A stretch of 64,000 bases of DNA from Tubulanus polymorphus (lineage: Eukaryota > Animalia > Nemertea), in assembly GCF_964204645.1 (NCBI RefSeq), contig NC_134033.1:8812655-8876654 (forward strand), given 5' to 3'. The first letter of the stretch is position 1, and every line of letters begins with the position of its first letter. The notes under the pieces are model-generated. The model searched no databases. It was not told the DNA's origin and was given only the letters and a program-made list of their open reading frames with translations. Of this stretch, positions 62,928 to 64,000 are shown in pieces. Made by a program: the position numbers and the translations under genes.

Positions 62928-63395
62928 AGGCTGGCTTTATGTCGTCAAGCAATGCGTCGCCTACCGACGCAGCTGGGTTTATCTCCGATTAGCGGCAACT
63001 AGCGGCCTACGAGAGGCCGACAGTTGCTGCGCTATCCGTTCGACATAAGCCGGCTAGTCGCCGATGTTCTACTCCGGCCTACGGTAGGCGGACAGTTGCT
63101 TTCGATCGCAACCGACATAAGCTCATCTGCGACGCGACGGAACTGAGCGCAGGGGTTCCAGCCAATAAGAGACCGAATATACATAGTACAAATTATGACC
63201 GCTAGTTAGCGTCATTCGTAATTAGTCATAAACTTTAAATTCAAGTAGTTCAAAACGTAAACCAAACCACGGCAGATGACTGGACCGAAGATCTAGCAAC
63301 GAAATTGGTAGAATTATGGTGTGAGCGGCCATCTTTATGATGTCGCTTGCACATTGTATTCAAAACAGAATCAGAAAGATAAAGATTTTCAATAG
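62928..63395 (+). mobile_element. Harbinger-like transposon left end with decayed MADF/Myb-SANT ORF
   Basis: GC-rich subterminal repeats after TAA. WTEDLATKLVELWCERP / LYDVACTLYSK (frameshifted, about 63270-63395) fits the MADF pattern. Confidence 0.6.
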
Positions 63396-63424
63396 CTTTT
63401 TTAATAGAAATATATTTCCCTATA

Positions 63425-64000
63425 ATTCAAAATGATTCAAATTTATTCTTTTAAAAAATTTTTTTTATGCAGTATAAATGATATATAGATTATAAACAAT
63501 TTACATACATACGAGGCTGGATGCTTGGAAAGCCAATGGAGCTGTGTCCCGTAGGGATCCAAGCACCCAGAAATAAGATCAAAATCTAATGAAATTAGGT
63601 AGAATGAGGGTGAAATGGAAACGTGAAATGGGAGTAATCTGTCCGCTGTAGAAGTTTTAGATACATCAGTTTGATTCATTAACTTAAAAAAATTGTGCTT
63701 TAAATGACTTAAGACCAGAATTGGATTTGGGTTCAATAGCCATTATAAGTGATTACCTTAAATCTGTTTATTAGAGTGTGGACTGTTGGAGCATTTTTGA
63801 TTGAGGAATTTTGAGTTTGCCAGATGATTGGTATTTTTCCAAGAAAAGATCTATTATATAAACTTGATGAATAGGCAGCAACTCTCGGATAGTCTCTTTG
63901 TCTAGTATTATAGTTGTGGTTGAATGAGTTTTTTTGAAAGATAGCAAGAATGGGCCGAGGAAGGCTATTTCTAGTATATCTATAGCCAGTTGTAACCAAA
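63425..64000 (-). mobile_element. 3' end of another CR1/L2-group LINE, extending beyond the window
   Basis: ORF2 C-terminus HNYNTRQ...RSF...PIIW...FK; 3' UTR stem gcttgga/tccaagc, AATAAA and ttgaa-type tail. Confidence 0.85.

Overview
AT-rich animal (probably invertebrate) genomic DNA, not prokaryotic; no rRNA, true tRNA or CRISPR array was found. The only host gene I can support is the 3' half of a carnosine N-methyltransferase (CARNMT1/N2227-like) gene on the + strand. It is split over four short GT-AG exons (3523-3701, 15107-15220, 30838-30941, 32958-33062) that the ORF track almost entirely misses. Most of the remainder is mobile DNA. There are many families of non-autonomous Helentron/DINE-1-type elements (HINEs) nested in one another, several TIR MITEs, a tRNA-derived SINE, and decayed DIRS-like, Penelope, LINE, BEL/Pao and Harbinger fragments. 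One young, full-length CR1/L2-group LINE (50893-55722, minus strand) has an intact ORF2 and an unusual ORF1 combining RRM-like, 3x CCHC and SGNH-esterase modules. A very AT-rich, fragmented minus-strand gene cluster (about 37.2-41.0 kb) looks like a Polinton/DNA-virus remnant. About 56.6-61.5 kb remains unexplained. Family names for repeats (F1, F2...) are my own labels, and all homology calls are by eye, without database searches.
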